Positions 1-56,215 of a stretch of 64,000 bases of DNA are shown here, in pieces. A program made the position numbers and the translations under genes. Position 1 is the stretch's first letter. The number at the start of each line of letters is the position of its first letter. The notes below the pieces were generated by a model. That model did not search any database. It had not been told where the DNA came from and saw only the letters and a list, made by a program, of their open reading frames with translations. The DNA comes from Tubiluchus corallicola (taxonomy: Eukaryota > Animalia > Priapulida): the NCBI GenBank assembly GCA_030141605.1, contig JAQGDQ010000467.1:62001-126000 (forward strand). The letters run 5' to 3'.

Positions 1-94
1 AAAATTGTTATATTGTGTAATTGTATTGTATATTGTGCAAAGAGAATGTTTCCACTTCATAACTGCAACTAACACTAACACTAACACTTTTAGG

Positions 95-577
95 CAGGGG
101 TGTGCAAATTGCGGCCCGCCGAGAGAATTTGTGCGGCCCGCGAAGAGATTTGTCAACCTAATGAAGTGCGGCCTGGGCGATTAATTGAGTTCATCCAGCT
201 GAAGTCCGCGCCACGATCCCAAAGATAGTGCGGGTAGTTTTTTCTACTAGATCGGATGCCATTAACCCTTACAAGACGGTTGTAGCTTAATGTCACTGTA
301 CTACACAGACTGTGTGATACACATTACTAATATGCATTGTAATGAAATTACCACTATCTGTCCTGAAAGTAGAAATATATATAGTTTGTAATATAAATTT
401 TAATAACTTCTAAAATAGTTTCTTGAGTGTAGTAGTAATGATATGCGCAAATCGGATGCAAAAAAATCGTTATTAGGTCCTACTGTACTTGGCTCCTTTA
501 TCAAACTGCCTGTGGCCCGCAGGAATTACGGGAAAGTTTAATATGGCCCGGCTAGTCAGATAATTTACACACCCTTG
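95..577. mobile_element. hAT (Buster/Charlie-type) MITE family A, copy 1
   Basis: TIR CAGGGGTGTGCAAATT; 8-bp TSD cttttagg/cttttggg. Confidence 0.85.
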
Positions 578-721
578 CTTTTGGGTTTCATTATGTAACT
601 GCAGCATATCAAATTCACCTTCAGCTGACAGAAGCAAAAATACATGTTACTACAAACACACAGTATTCCAAAACACACTAGCAAAAGGTATAAGCACACC
701 TATATTACACCATACACGCAC

Positions 722-43178
<42,457 letters not shown>

Positions 43179-43347
43179 GGTTGGTCGACTAAAAAAATTG
43201 AAACTGAAATAATTATTAATATTAACAAAAGTATGTTCTAAACGGCTAGTTAGCATGATACAAATTCATCTGCTTAAAAAGGCTTTGATTATACTAGTAC
43301 TTAAGCAAGTTGCTGTTTACTTTTGGGTAAATTTGATAACACAAGTA

Positions 43348-43839
43348 CAGGGATGATAATGACAAATTGCAAAAAACTCTGAAACAGGCCAGGGGTTTTG
43401 AGGAAGCGTAGGCAGCAACAAATTACAATTTTGTGACCGTAGAGAACCTCTAAGTGGACTTAAAGTATCAATTACCTTGTTTCATGTATAATTTAAAATA
43501 CCCAACTATCAAGGATACATGATACCTAATTGTCTCAAAAATGCCTAAGTACTGGCCGCTCCTATGCAAAAGTATATAAAAACTGTCTGCAATTGACTCA
43601 AATAACTCCACACAATTGATTCTGCATTTTTATACATAGAGATATACACGTGGTTACACTGATGTACATGATGTAAACAAAGTGACAGCCTGCCAACTAG
43701 CGGTCAGCTCGTGAAATAATGCACTGGGTCCGTACAAACTTTCTCAACGAATTTACGCGATTTACAAAAATGGCACTACTGGTCTTCCAAAAACTCGGAA
43801 TTCCGCGTATCCGCTATCCGCGGAAAATTCTCATCCCTG
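43348..43839. mobile_element. MITE family B, copy 3
   Basis: TIR pair; TSD caagta. Confidence 0.87.
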
Positions 43840-45054
43840 CAAGTAACTTCAATATGCCTTGGACATGGAGAGGATACAGAGCAACACAAACGCTATAGTT
43901 TACTTGAAAGTGCAATTTAGACATACGTTTTTAACGATGCTGAACATTTTACACCCTGTCTTCCCTTAACAACGCACGTTTTATTTTAAGGATGATTTTT
44001 TTTACCTTGTTCAAAGCATATTTTTATTTCGTCAACAACATTTTCGCGAAAATTTGAAGCATGAGAAGAGCACATATTGTGTTACTCTGTCTCTAAAAAC
44101 ACACTAGTAAGTACAACAGCACAATTATTATAAAGTTTTTCTTACCCGACTGGCACCTGGATGCCTAGGTATTGATAAGAAAAGTAACTGCTTTCAAGCA
44201 AACAGAAAGAAAATAATCAGTAGAAATATGAACAAAATTTATAAAAACGCTTAATTTATATGATAAAAGCAGCATTGATTTTTTTCCTCTGGAATATATC
44301 TCAGTTCTTTTGCATTACTTTCTATCGCAGTTTTAACTTCGTTTAACAATGTTTCGCTTAACGTCGCATGCATTTTACTGGAACGCATTAGCGTCATTAA
44401 GCGAGAACTTACTGTATATTAAAAGATAAAGCGCACTAAAAGAAGAGACTACAGTGCTGTGTGACTATATAATTATGATAATCTGTAGATGTAAACAAAA
44501 AGTAGTAGAACACCGATTATGATATGATGAAATAACTATACAGACAAACACACACACACAGGCACGCACACACAGACACGCACGCACACACACACACACC
44601 GACACTCACGCACGCACACACACACGCACACACACGCACTCAAAATTCAAGAGTTTCAAGAGTTTATTCATCTCACTTTAATTCAAATTAGTTCACATTG
44701 TGAGGTTGTGAGGATGAAGGAGCAAGCTATCTAGTCTTCCCCCTGAGGAATTATTAAATAGTGACTTATGAAGTTGGACAATTCATTATATAGACTTGAA
44801 CGAGGATTTTATACCTAACATAAACAATTGCTTCAAGTAATAACAGCCACCAATTGAATTAAGTTCGAAAAAATGTAGCACATAACAATATATAATGTAT
44901 AAAGTTATAGAAAACTTAATAACAAATTTTGACAAACTAGACTGAACAATTGTGAGGTTATATATAAGTTTACTGCCTAAATAAGCTTATCAAAAGCAAT
45001 CTAGTTGGTACTAGCAGTCTAACAGGCAAGCCCAAGTGAGTGAGGAAGTGTGAT

Positions 45055-45536
45055 CAGGCTGCATAAGATTATGGATATCCATAAAGTAAGACCAAAAATC
45101 CATAAAATAAAATTTGAAAAATCCATAAAATAAGAAATGCATAAAATAAAAATATATTTTTTTGTGATTTTTTATACAAAATAAGGCAATCAAAACTGAA
45201 TACAGGCATTGGATCGGAAACTTCAGCCTAGAAGGCATTCTACATTCGTACCAAACGGATGAATTATTTAAACTGAAGTGATGAATTACAAGGCACTGTC
45301 TCGTAAAATTTGATTAAATTTGAAGTGATATGAAACCGACAAAATTAAGTCCTGGGTGTTTAAAAACACGTTTCAAGCACTCCTGTTTTTACTTTTTAAT
45401 TGATTTCCCCCTGGGCATCTCGTTCCAGATATAGTCTATTTCTTATTTTATTGATATCCATAAAATAAAATTTCAAAAATCCATAAAATAAGCTATTTTA
45501 TTTATTTTATACATATCCATAATCTTATGCACCCCG
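45055..45536. mobile_element. hAT-like MITE with ATCCATAAAATA subterminal repeats
   Basis: TIR cagg.tgcataagattatggatat; TSD agtgtgat/agtatgat. Confidence 0.75.
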
Positions 45537-45883
45537 AGTATGATGAAGAAAATCAGAACAGGTACCAAGTATTTTATTACATATACAGATTATACATTCA
45601 CTTGTCAAAGTGAATTCATTTCTTAGTTGGATGGGGCCAATTCATGATTAGTCAGCAAAATGAAGTTTAAAAGGAATAACGGCATCATATAGTGCATATA
45701 TTTCAACTCAATAACATTCATAGTAATATTTTCATAATTAGTCAATGCGTCATAAAAGGAGGAAAAGAAGTAATATGCTAAGAGGAAGAAGTACTGTAAG
45801 GCTGTCAGTCTTTGACTAGATTCCAGCTCACTTTTGTGGCTGCTCCGCTGATTGCGATTCATGTTCGTCCATTCTTATGAGAA

Positions 45884-46324
45884 TTTCTGTACGACTCTGA
45901 GCTCTGGACATTAAAAGCAAATCATAAAGCTGAAATCGATGCGTTTCAAAGGCGAAATTATAGAAACATTTTGGGTATTAGATGGCCAAAGAAAATTTCA
46001 AACAAAGATCTATATGAAAAAATAAAAGAAAAACTTTGGACAAGAAAAATAAAAAGACGCCGTTTAAGATGGATTGGGCATATGCTTAGCCTACCTGATG
46101 ACGTTCCAGTGAAGATAGCTCTTCAACAAGCCATAGAACCAGCTAAAAAAACCTGCAGGAGGACAAATGTTAACATACTTAGATTTTGAACAGAAAGATT
46201 TAAACACTTCAGCACTGATCCTTAGAAATAAATCCACTTGGGGCATTGCAGCGAGTAGGGAGTCCTGGCATAGAGAAGTGAGCAGAATCATGCCCCTGGA
46301 CGTTTGATTCATTGAAGAAGAAGA
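45884..46324 (+). mobile_element. 5'-truncated RTE-clade LINE (ORF C-terminus, (GAA)n tail); shorter 3' fragment at ~15293-15408
   Basis: Translation IDAFQRRNYRNILGIRWPKKISNKDLYE...IKRRRLRWIGHM matches the post-RT region of RTE-type LINEs; 13-bp TSD attcttatgagaa. Confidence 0.8.
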
Positions 46325-48439
46325 ATTCTTATGAGAACCTAATGATTAATTTTCATCATTATATTAGAACTCTCTTTCCTCATCAGTTCAGTTGTATTAT
46401 CACCATTTTCACACTGTTCTTCCACTCTCCTCGTTGCCGTTTTCATCTTACACATTTTTGCACTTTTTCCTTCCTTTTTGCCTTTCTGTTTAAACGTCTA
46501 CAAGTTCATCTTCCTGGCCTGAACTGATATGTAATTATTTGTAACTTTGTAAAGCTGTAATACTTTACACTATTTTCTATATTTTATTAATATATCATAT
46601 GTAACATATCACATATCATTATTGTGTATTTTTGTGTGCATTATGGAAATAACGAACTGCACTAAACTGTAAATAAAGTCAAAATCAGAATCCCTACAAT
46701 CAAATGTGGTTGCTTCTCCAAGCTTACCCTAATATAATGACACAATACACATCATTGATAGATCATCATTTAGAATCAATGATAAAAATGATTCTAGAAT
46801 ATGGAAGTTGAAATGTACTACACACAGAAAAACACTACAGAGGATGCAGAATCTTAGCATGCATTCATATTACAAAGAGTGCACAATTTCTGAGAAAATC
46901 GGATTAGGTTAATCAAGAGATCTATGACTAAAGCTGTAAACGCCTCTGCAGGCCACTGCCATAACACTATTTCAGACGAGTTTGTAACGAAACCTTGTAA
47001 AATTTTGTACAAGTACCATGATAATGGCAAATTTTTCAAGTTCAATGTACACTAGTAATAACACATTTGACAGTAGTCCGAGTAGGCCTACGTACATATA
47101 AGAAACTAAACTTGCTTGAGAAGTCTCAGAGACTTGACCGTAACACGCTTATTGGCGGTCTCTCCTCAACAATTAATTGATAATTAATACTATGATTGAT
47201 AAGCCACCATTTGTACTATACATCCATTTACCTAAGTTTTGTTTAAATCTGTGCAATGTATCAATAAATGAAGTTCATTTCTGCAAACTGCAAAGCTGGT
47301 TTTAACCATTATTAAAATTAAAATGAGTTTTCACAAAATTTACGCGACGCCGTGCTACGTAGGCATACCCCGGGTTATAGCAAGTTCCAAAATGGTCAAG
47401 AACTTAAGCCAAGTGGAATGGGATTTAATGATTTGTGCGTTTCTGCAAGATCACTCTACCTTTAGTGTGCCGCAGGCTACAGTAACAGCTACTGTTCGGC
47501 AATGAACTTGCGTCTAAGCTATTAATAATATTTTTCCACAAAACCAAGGGAAGGTTGCATAACAAATTGGAAAATATTAATCACTGATAGTAGATGCATC
47601 AATATAAAAAATGTGAACAATTATTACTGGGCTAATGTTTTACCCCTTGTTGGTTGGCTAAGTGATAAGAGATAAGCCACGATGAATACACGATAAGGGA
47701 AAACTTGATTGTTTAGTTACTAACAGACAGTCACAGGTTTTGTGAAGCAATTAATGTGGCACGGCAAACGTGTAGGTTGGTCAGCGATGCAAATTATAGC
47801 AGGAAGTTAGCACACTGACTGCAGTTAGAAAGCCTTACACAGGAGGGATCAGGAATCAATCAGAACTGTTTTTCTACAGGCACTGATAGCACTCTAGCTC
47901 CATCTCCACAGTCACACCAGGCATTATGGCAGTTTTGTACATGTTGTACACTATAAGAATGTAAGTTGACATAGAGAATAATGTTGACAGACAATGCCAG
48001 TGGGCTTATCAAGTATGCAGGCTTCCTGATTTTGCAAAACTATAATCCGTCTTTAAATGGCCATAAGCCCAAATACTATCTGCAACTGTAGGCACAACAA
48101 AACAGAGCTGAAAGCAAACAATAGAAAAGGCCAACAACTTAGAATCTACAGATACAAATTATTTAAACCATGACCTCATAATTATTTAAGTGTGCAGTGT
48201 TCTTATTTTACATTAAATTTTTGTTAAGGCTCATGTCCTGAAATTGTGTAAGGAAATTAGCAAAAGAAAGACATACAATGCAATACTTTGCATAATTATC
48301 TATGTCAACTAGGTGAAAATAACTATTCACTGAGCAACACAATTTACTATAAAGGACAAAAAAAAGGAATACCTGAAGTACGTTTCAGAAAAATCACCTT
48401 GAAAATTAAAATTCTTTATTACTTAACAGCATTTTAATA

Positions 48440-48850
48440 CATATATCGTACTCACATCAAAAGGAATCTTTGCTTTGTTTCCATTTCAAATTATCCACAA
48501 TACTGTTCTTCTGGAAAGACTTATCTAACTAGAAATGATAATTTAAAATTTTCATGCCAATTAGTAAAATGCGCTAGCTCACCCTCCAAGATGGACCCAC
48601 TCACTAACCAAATACGTATTGTTGATCTTATTGGCAAGATAAAGTAATTTTAAAATTTTTCTTAGTTAGTGGTGTGTGTGCTACAAATACTCCGATAATT
48701 TTTTTCTTTACCAATGTTATCTAAACTTGTTTCAAACGACCTACCATCAAAATGCCTGTGCCTAACGGTCATCAAGATTAAATTTACAGGTTTTATACAG
48801 TGTTACTGCCAACGCGAGCCCTGCCTGCAAAAAGGAAGTGTGTAAGTGGT
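48440..48850. promoter_or_regulatory. Putative shared (bidirectional) promoter and first non-coding exons of MON2 and the KCTD3-like gene
   Basis: Minus-strand donor-like gtgagt/gtgagc near 48455 and 48582; plus-strand donor gtaagt at 48842; ETS-like GGAAGTG (~48834-48840) and YY1-like CAAGATGG (~48587-48594); genes are divergent. No TSS data. Confidence 0.35.
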
Positions 48851-49126
48851 ATAAAATTTCAAGACAATTTTTTAATGCTGGATGCAAGTTGAGTGTTTTC
48901 TTATGCTTTAAGCAAAGAATCAAGGCAAAACTCTCTTCTTACCTTTTTTGAAAGAATGCGTTACGAAAAATTACCAAAATCATGTCTGTCACACGCAGTG
49001 AGTTTGTTTTGTTTCATTATCTACGTCTACGAAAAACAACAAAACTACGCAAAACTTACATTAAGAAACGCAATGAAAACTGGAATGCAATGAGAAAATG
49101 ACATGACTGTGCTAATTTTTCTTCAG

Positions 49127-49162
49127 CCCTTGACGTATAATGATGTTACGCTTTTACGTGAG
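49127..49162 (+). other. Putative 5'UTR exon of KCTD3/SHKBP1-like gene
   Basis: gctaatttttcttcag| acceptor, |gtatga donor; next acceptor ttttgttgtag at 49281, 30 nt before the ATG. Confidence 0.45.
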
Positions 49163-49311
49163 GTATGAGAGAATAAACACTGATGTCGCTGTATTTGCAT
49201 TGGGTGTTACAGTTTCAAATTTATGTTAAATGTTGCTGCAGTTTTTTCTACTGCTGGTATAGTCTAATTATTTTGTTGTAGGTACGCCACTTAGCTAACT
49301 GTCTGTAAACT

Positions 49312-51181
49312 ATGTCTGCTCCAGCTCTGGGAACAGGTGATATCATTCACCTCAATGTTGGTGGAACAAAATTTTCCACTTCTCGTCAAACGTTGACATG
49401 GATTCCGGAAACCTTCTTTACCAGCTTGCTCAGTGGCCGAATTTCCAGCCTCCATGATGAGTTAGGTGCAATTTTTATAGACAGAGATCCGAAAGTATTC
49501 GCTGTCATTTTGAACTTTTTGCGAACAAAAGAAATTGACCTGCGGGACTGCAGTATCACATCTGTGAGAAGTGAAGCAGAGTTTTATGGTATTGCAACAC
49601 TTGTTAAACGACTGTCACTATGTGAAGATTTGCATCAGTCATCCTGCGGTGATGTGTTGTTTCACGGGTACATCGCACCGCCGCATGTACCTCTACACGA
49701 ACTTCCTATGAAAAACAATGGAAGTAGTAACGGCGAAAGTGAGCAAGCTTGTGCTTCTGCAAAACAACATGACGGTTTCCGTGGCGGGAGAATTCTAAGT
49801 GGTGAGTCATGGCCAACACATTCTCGTAGTTCTTCGATGGACTTGAGGCTAGGACGGCCAGTTTTGCCAACAGCCCACTCACGCAATTCTTCGCTAGATC
49901 TTCGGCATTCCCGCAACTCTTCACTAGACTTTAACAGACATTTTAGACCTGAAACAGGCGTATCAGAAGCACTGAGGGTTCGCATTATCAAAGGCAGCCA
50001 CAACTGGATTGCTGTTTGCTATTCACATTTCGTGTGTTTATACAGAATGAAGGAAAATGTGGGCTGGCACATGTGTAGCTCGACTCCGCACATGGAGAGC
50101 ACGATTGAACGTGTGGCCCTCAATGCGAAGGTTCTGCCTCCAAATCAAGCTGACCACAAGGATAAAATGTTGGCCATTGCATATGGCAACCACTTGAGGC
50201 TGTGGTCAGTGGTCACGTCTTTGGATCCAATCACCTTGCAGGAGATTGGTTGCTTTAATTTAACCGTTCATGTTGATGAACTGTTCTTTATCGGTTCGCA
50301 ACTGGTGGCCATTTCTCACTTGGGCAAAGTTGGAGTGTGGCACTCGATGACGCAACATTGGCAGATCCAAGATGTGGTTCCGATCACGAGTTTCGACACT
50401 GCGGGGTCGTTCCTTTTGCTCGGTTGCAACAACGGCTCCATCTACTATATTGACATGCAGAAGTTTCCACTACGCATGAAGGACAATGATCTCCTTGTTA
50501 CAGAGTTGTATCGAGATCCTAACTCAGATGCGGTGACCGCACTTAGTGTTTACTTGACACCAAAGACAATTAACAGTGGTAACTGGATTGAGATTGCGTA
50601 TGGAACATGTACTGGTACAGTGCGGGTAATTGTCCAGCATCCTGAGACAGTTGGACATGGACCACAACTGTTTCAAACATTCACTGTGCACAGAAGTCCT
50701 GTAACAAAGGTTGTGCTGTCAGAAAAATACCTGGTGTCATTATGCTCCGAATATAACCATGTTCGGACATGGAATGTTACACGATTTCGCGGTATGATAT
50801 CCACCCAACCTGGATCGACTCCACTTTCCTCGTTCAAGATTGTGTCACTGGAGGAGGTAGATGCACACGTGAGTTCTGCATCTGGCAATGACTTTGGGCC
50901 ATTTGGCGAACAGGACGAAGTTCAGGTTTTTGTCCAAAAAGTTGTTCCAGAAACGGATCAGCTGTTTTTACGCTTGTCATCCAACGGTAAGCGAGTCTGT
51001 ACGATAAAGTCTGTAGATGGTGCCATGATCAGTGCTTTCTGCCTACATGAATGTGATGGATCAAGTAGGATGGGCTCTCGGCCACGGCGGTACCTCTTCA
51101 CCGGACACGTAAATGGCGCTATTCAGATGTGGGACGTTACCACAGCTTTGGAGATTATGGGTAAACAACAAGGTACACAAG
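49312..51181 (+). CDS. KCTD3: KCTD3/SHKBP1-family BTB/POZ + WD40-like protein, large coding exon
   Basis: [27 protein letters not shown] (KCTD BTB); [72 protein letters not shown] are KCTD3/SHKBP1 signatures; donor G|gtatgt. Probably co-orthologous to both vertebrate paralogs. Confidence 0.93.
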
Positions 51182-51687
51182 GTATGTTTAAACTGAAACC
51201 TCGCAGGCATATGTAATATGTGTGCTTATGATATCAACAATTTCAAAAAATTGTTTTGCTAAGTGTGAGTGCAGGCCTACCGCTTGCTTTTTAATTTGCT
51301 TCATCGGCCAACAGGTGGCACCACCATGTGTCAGATGTACCACTTATATAAACTGTTATCAAACAAAAAAGCATTCTAAGGCTGCGCTGTGTATTTTTGC
51401 CAATTCCTCCGTGCAAACAATTATTTTTTTCAGTTATATTTGCGATGTTGACTAGTGTTCTATAGTCTTTGTATTTATTGGAATTTTTATCAATTACTGA
51501 TTGTATCTTACACAAACTTTATCTGATTGACTCGCTGTTTTCTTCCTCTGTCACTTGGTGATGATCCAATCCATACGAAGACTTTTATTCCAGAGATAAA
51601 TTGATGGGTATTTATAACTTATTATTGGTTGTTATTGTTTATTAAAAACAATATTTCACTATTTTATGTAGCACACTTTTATCACAG

Positions 51688-51923
51688 GTGAAGGAGGTCC
51701 TACCTCGGAGGAAATATTGCGAATGCTACAGCAATGGGACTGTACCACGTCACATAGCAACACTCCCAGCATCTCTCCATCGCCTTCCCTACTGTTTCAC
51801 GGGCTTCCTCACGGGGGTGCTAGGCTGAAGGCATCAAATTTGGCATTTCTTGCCCAAGCATCACACGGGGAACTGTCTGGAACATCATCGGCAGGCGAAA
51901 CATTTCGAATCACCAAATGCTAA
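51688..51923 (+). CDS. KCTD3: KCTD3/SHKBP1-like terminal coding exon
   Basis: atcacag|GEGGPTSEEILRMLQQWDCTTSHSNTPSISPSPS resembles the family's GGPT-EE-L...TP-ISP motif; phase 1 matches; TAA at 51921-51923. Confidence 0.85.
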
Positions 51924-52394
51924 GTTCACATACGTGTAAATTGTATTTTTTAATCTTTTGCTGTTTTGATTTTAGACTAAACGACGGCACGTTTTGGAGA
52001 TTCAAATAATGAAATATATATGACTAATTAAAAATTGATGTCAATTAATGTGCATTTATACTTACATTTGGGGCTTGTACCTGCTAAAGTTATGCTTTTA
52101 TTCTACTAAGCTATCCATATAGCAGCTACACATATGAATATATAAGTCAGCTAGCTCTAAGTGTATGCAACAATTGTGCGTTTATTGGCATAACGTTTGT
52201 GAGAATGAACATATTCCAATGATTAATTGTTGCAATTATTATTCCAGTAAAATTAATAATGGCTGCAGTTCTTATAGCTTGGGATCATAGTACTGTAATA
52301 GCTAGTTGTCTTGTAAATTTTTATTTCTATATGGATGGTAATTACCTAACCAGTAAGATGTGAGTGGGCCAGTATTGCATTGAATAATATAAAG

Positions 52395-52883
52395 CAGGGG
52401 TGTGCAAATTATCTGACTAGGCGGGCCACATTAAGCATTCCCGTAATTCCTGCGGGCCACAAGCAGTTTGATCAAGGAGCCAAGTACAGAAAGGCCTAAT
52501 ACGATTTTTTTGCATCCTTACTACTACATCCTATTACATCATTACTACTACACTCAAGAAACTATTTTAGAAGTTATTAAAATTTATATTACAAACCATA
52601 TATTTCTACTTTCAGGACAGATAGTGGAATTTCATTACAATGCATATTAGTAATGTGTATCACACAGTCTGTGTAGTACAGTGAAATTAAGCTACAACCA
52701 TCTTGTAAGGGTTAATGGCATCCGATCTAGTAGAAAAAACTACCCGCACTATCTTTGGGATCGTGGCACGGACTTCAGCTGGATACACTCAATTAATCGC
52801 CCGGGCCGCACTTTCATTAGGTTGACAAATCTCTTCGCGGGCCGCACAAATTCTCTCGGCGGGCCACAATTTGCACACCCCTA
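52395..52883. mobile_element. hAT MITE family A, copy 8
   Basis: TIR; perfect TSD atataaag. Confidence 0.9.
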
Positions 52884-53144
52884 ATATAAAGTGTATTTAA
52901 GGCGACAGTAAAATAGACAAATTCACTATTTTCATTTCTTCGCACTGTTACATTTGTTGGGTGATTTTTTATTTTTTATGTTAATTTATTTGTACAAAGA
53001 AAATGTGATAGCTTTGATCTGTAAAAAGATTTTGTTCATGTTTGATTGTGTACATGTCGTCTGCTTGTTGCCAGACCTGCATACTTAAAAATTTCTAAAT
53101 TAGCTGATTGTAACTTTTAGTAGTGCCCGAATTAGACATATTAA

Positions 53145-53601
53145 CCCTTTCATACCCCTTGTATCCCATGGGATACGAGAATATTTTCTGCCTTTAAAAT
53201 TAATAAAATTTTAAAACTGGCAGTTATTTGATCTGTTAATAGTTATTTTGATTTAAGCCAATATCAATAGACTAAAAATGGTGATAAAATGGCAAACTAG
53301 AGAATCTACATAGCATAAAAACTGCGCAAGGTACAGTACTTTAGAGACGACTTTGCACAGATCAGCATAGCGTGCATACTAAATGTCTTAAATACTTTAA
53401 AAAATTATCAGCAGTTGCAAAATGAAGCACATTTTATGCAACCATTGAATCCCAATGTATCCCGTGGGATACAGGCTATATTTAGCACGCGGGCACAGGT
53501 AGGAAAAAATAATTATTACGTGCAAAGAAGATGGACATACTGAACAAAAGTACCAAGCCAAAAATTTTCCTTATTAAAAAAATAATTTGGGACTGAAAGG
53601 G
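53145..53601. mobile_element. piggyBac-like MITE, copy 1 (partial copy at ~53995-54193)
   Basis: TTAA|CCCTTTCA ... TGAAAGGG|TTAA. Confidence 0.85.
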
Positions 53602-54348
53602 TTAAGTGTCATCACACCACAAGATTGGCCTGTTAATCATCATAATATTGTCAAGACTATTAATGATGTTACAGACCCACGAATAATTAAATTTTCATAC
53701 CAAATTTGATAGGCGGGAAGTGTGAAAACATTTGGATATAACCAGCCTTGGATTTGAACCAAGGACTGTCTGCTTACATTGCCGACGCACATAAATCTCC
53801 ACGTCACCACAGTTCCCTGTGGTCAACGCAGTCCGAAATTGATAACTAGATAATTAATTAATCACTCGTGGAATTTTCAGCTCAAAATGAATCAAAATAA
53901 GAAATAAGTTACTTAGTTAGAACAAATCCAGGCTGTATCCCAACTTTTTCACATTTCTTCTCGTTAAAGTTGGTATGAAATTTTTTTGTTAATTCGGCAT
54001 AGCGTGCGTACTAAATGTCTTAAATACTTTAAAAGTAATTGCAAAATGAATACGTGGGATACAGGCTATATTTAGCCTGCGGGCACGGGTAGAAAAAAAT
54101 AATTATTATGTGTAAACAAGATGGACATACTAAACAAAAGTATCAAGCCAAAAAAATTTTTCTTATTAAAATAATAATTTGGGACTGAAAGGGTTAAGTA
54201 GGTGTTAATGGTTATAATGAATTTGTTGATAATAAACAAGTCTGAATACAGAAAGAAACACATAAATTTGTGAGCTAAAAAAAGTTTTCAGTGCAACTAC
54301 ACAAATTGCTCTGCACTCCAACGCTGTAATAAAATATTATATTAGCAG

Positions 54349-54721
54349 TAGGGGTGAGCATTCTCTAGCATAAAGCGAATTCGAACCGAACTTCAGTATT
54401 TCGAATCGAGATTGAACGATTTTCGACCAAGTTTTCGAACTACCAGTAAAAATTAGTCTTACAAAGATCATGCATATCACTAGATTTTGTTCTGCAATAA
54501 AACGACTAGTAATTTGCTTAAATTTGTGCGCAGAAAGAACAACTATATTATGCTAATTGCACGATGTTTCAATCGTTTTAATGATCAGGAACATATGTGA
54601 TTGAAGTGCTGAATTATTCGAATCTATAGTTTTGGATTCGAATCGAGTTCGAACTAAAAAAACTCGTTCGAATCGAATTCGATTCGAATGTTCGAACTCG
54701 AACGTTCGATGGTCACCCCTA
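54349..54721. mobile_element. hAT MITE family E, copy 3
   Basis: TIR; TSD attagcag/gttagcag. Confidence 0.88.
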
Positions 54722-54959
54722 GTTAGCAGTGGCTATTTTATTAGATTCTTCAAATTGGCTAACTATGTGCATGAAACTGAATATGGTCGTTTTATTAACA
54801 CCAAATTAGCTAATCATAACTGCTCTCTTGTTTTTTTTTTTGTTATAGCCTATACAACTGTCTCATGCTGTCTTTAGTAGTGTAGTTCCCATAAATATTT
54901 GTCATGCTTGGGTTATGACCACTGTTACGTGTTCTCACAACATGAATAAAATTAGCCTT

Positions 54960-55312
54960 ATTATTATTATTATAATTCTTTATTTAAAATTTATTGTGCG
55001 CATATACAAATATTTACTTAAAATACATACAGGGACCCTCTATTTGCAGGGTATGGTTAAAAAACTTTGTAAATAAAATAGCTGTTATATTCGCAAGACT
55101 TTTAAATACCAATAAATCAATATACCAATAAAAGAACAACTAAAATCAAATAGTACCAATTTACACAAAACGACCTGTATTATATAAAAGTGACAGATAT
55201 AATATAAAAGTTCAATATTTTATACTAAAGTTTGTAAAAACGAATCACAAACTAACTCAGAGAAAGCAACTAGCAGGTTTTTGTCTCGAGAGGTATAAAT
55301 TTTGCTAATATT
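54960..55312 (-). mobile_element. Family O, copy 2
   Basis: Reverse complement of ~32698-33070; flanked by ttagccttatt duplication. Confidence 0.7.
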
Positions 55313-55658
55313 TTAGCCTTATTGGATTGGTAATATTGGTGTTAAAAATTTTAATCTCGTTGTCGGTAGTCAGCAAGGGGACCTAATGTTGTCATGCGGT
55401 ATCTGTTGAGCATCATCCACAATTGACGTAATTTTCTGTAATGATGTATGCGGTAAGCAAAATTTTTTATAGCAATTTTGGACACTAGATTATATGACCT
55501 TTCAAAAGTTTTGGTCTTAATTTGGCTGTTGCTAGGGTGTAAATTGACCATTTCTTCCAAAACAGATAAAGTGCATATTCTTTGACAATTGTGAGGCCAA
55601 ACAGATGCAACGTACAGAAAACATTGTAATGCTATAGTTTTTCAAACTCCAAAATTTT

Positions 55659-56215
55659 TGGCCCACCCAGGGTCATCAAAAGGTCATAAACAGGGAATGT
55701 CTCAATCATATTGAGTAATATGTCAAATTAATGCTTGGTGTGAGGCGGATTTGACACTAACAAATGTTGGCCCACCCAGGGTCATCAAAAGGTCATAAAT
55801 AGGGAATGTCTCAATCATATTGAGTTTTATGTCAAATTAAAGCTTGGTGTGAGGCGGATTTGACACTAACAAATGTTGGCCCACCCAGGGTCATCAAAAG
55901 GTCATAAACAGGGAATGTCTCAATCATATTGAGTTTTATGTCAAATTAAAGCTTGGAGTGAGGCGGATTTGACACTAACAAATGTTGGCCCACCCAGGGT
56001 CATCAAAAGGTCATAAACAGGGAATGTCTCAATCATATTGAGTTTTATGTCAAATTAAAGCTTGGAGTGAGGCGGATTTGACACTAACAAATGTTGGCCC
56101 ACCCAGGGTCATCAAAAGGTCATAAACAGGGAATGTCTCAATCATATTAAGTTTTATGTCAAATTAAAGCTTGGAGTGAGGCGGGTTTGACACTAACAAA
56201 TGTTGGCCCACCCGG
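55659..56215. repeat. 109-bp tandem repeat, ~5 copies, with degenerate units continuing to ~56700
   Basis: ggcccacccagggtcatcaaaaggtcataaacagggaatgtctc..., period 109. Confidence 0.92.

Noticed and set aside
51182-51216. C-terminus [10 protein letters not shown] of the 634-aa ORF
   Set aside because: Intron read-through; the conserved family sequence resumes at 51688
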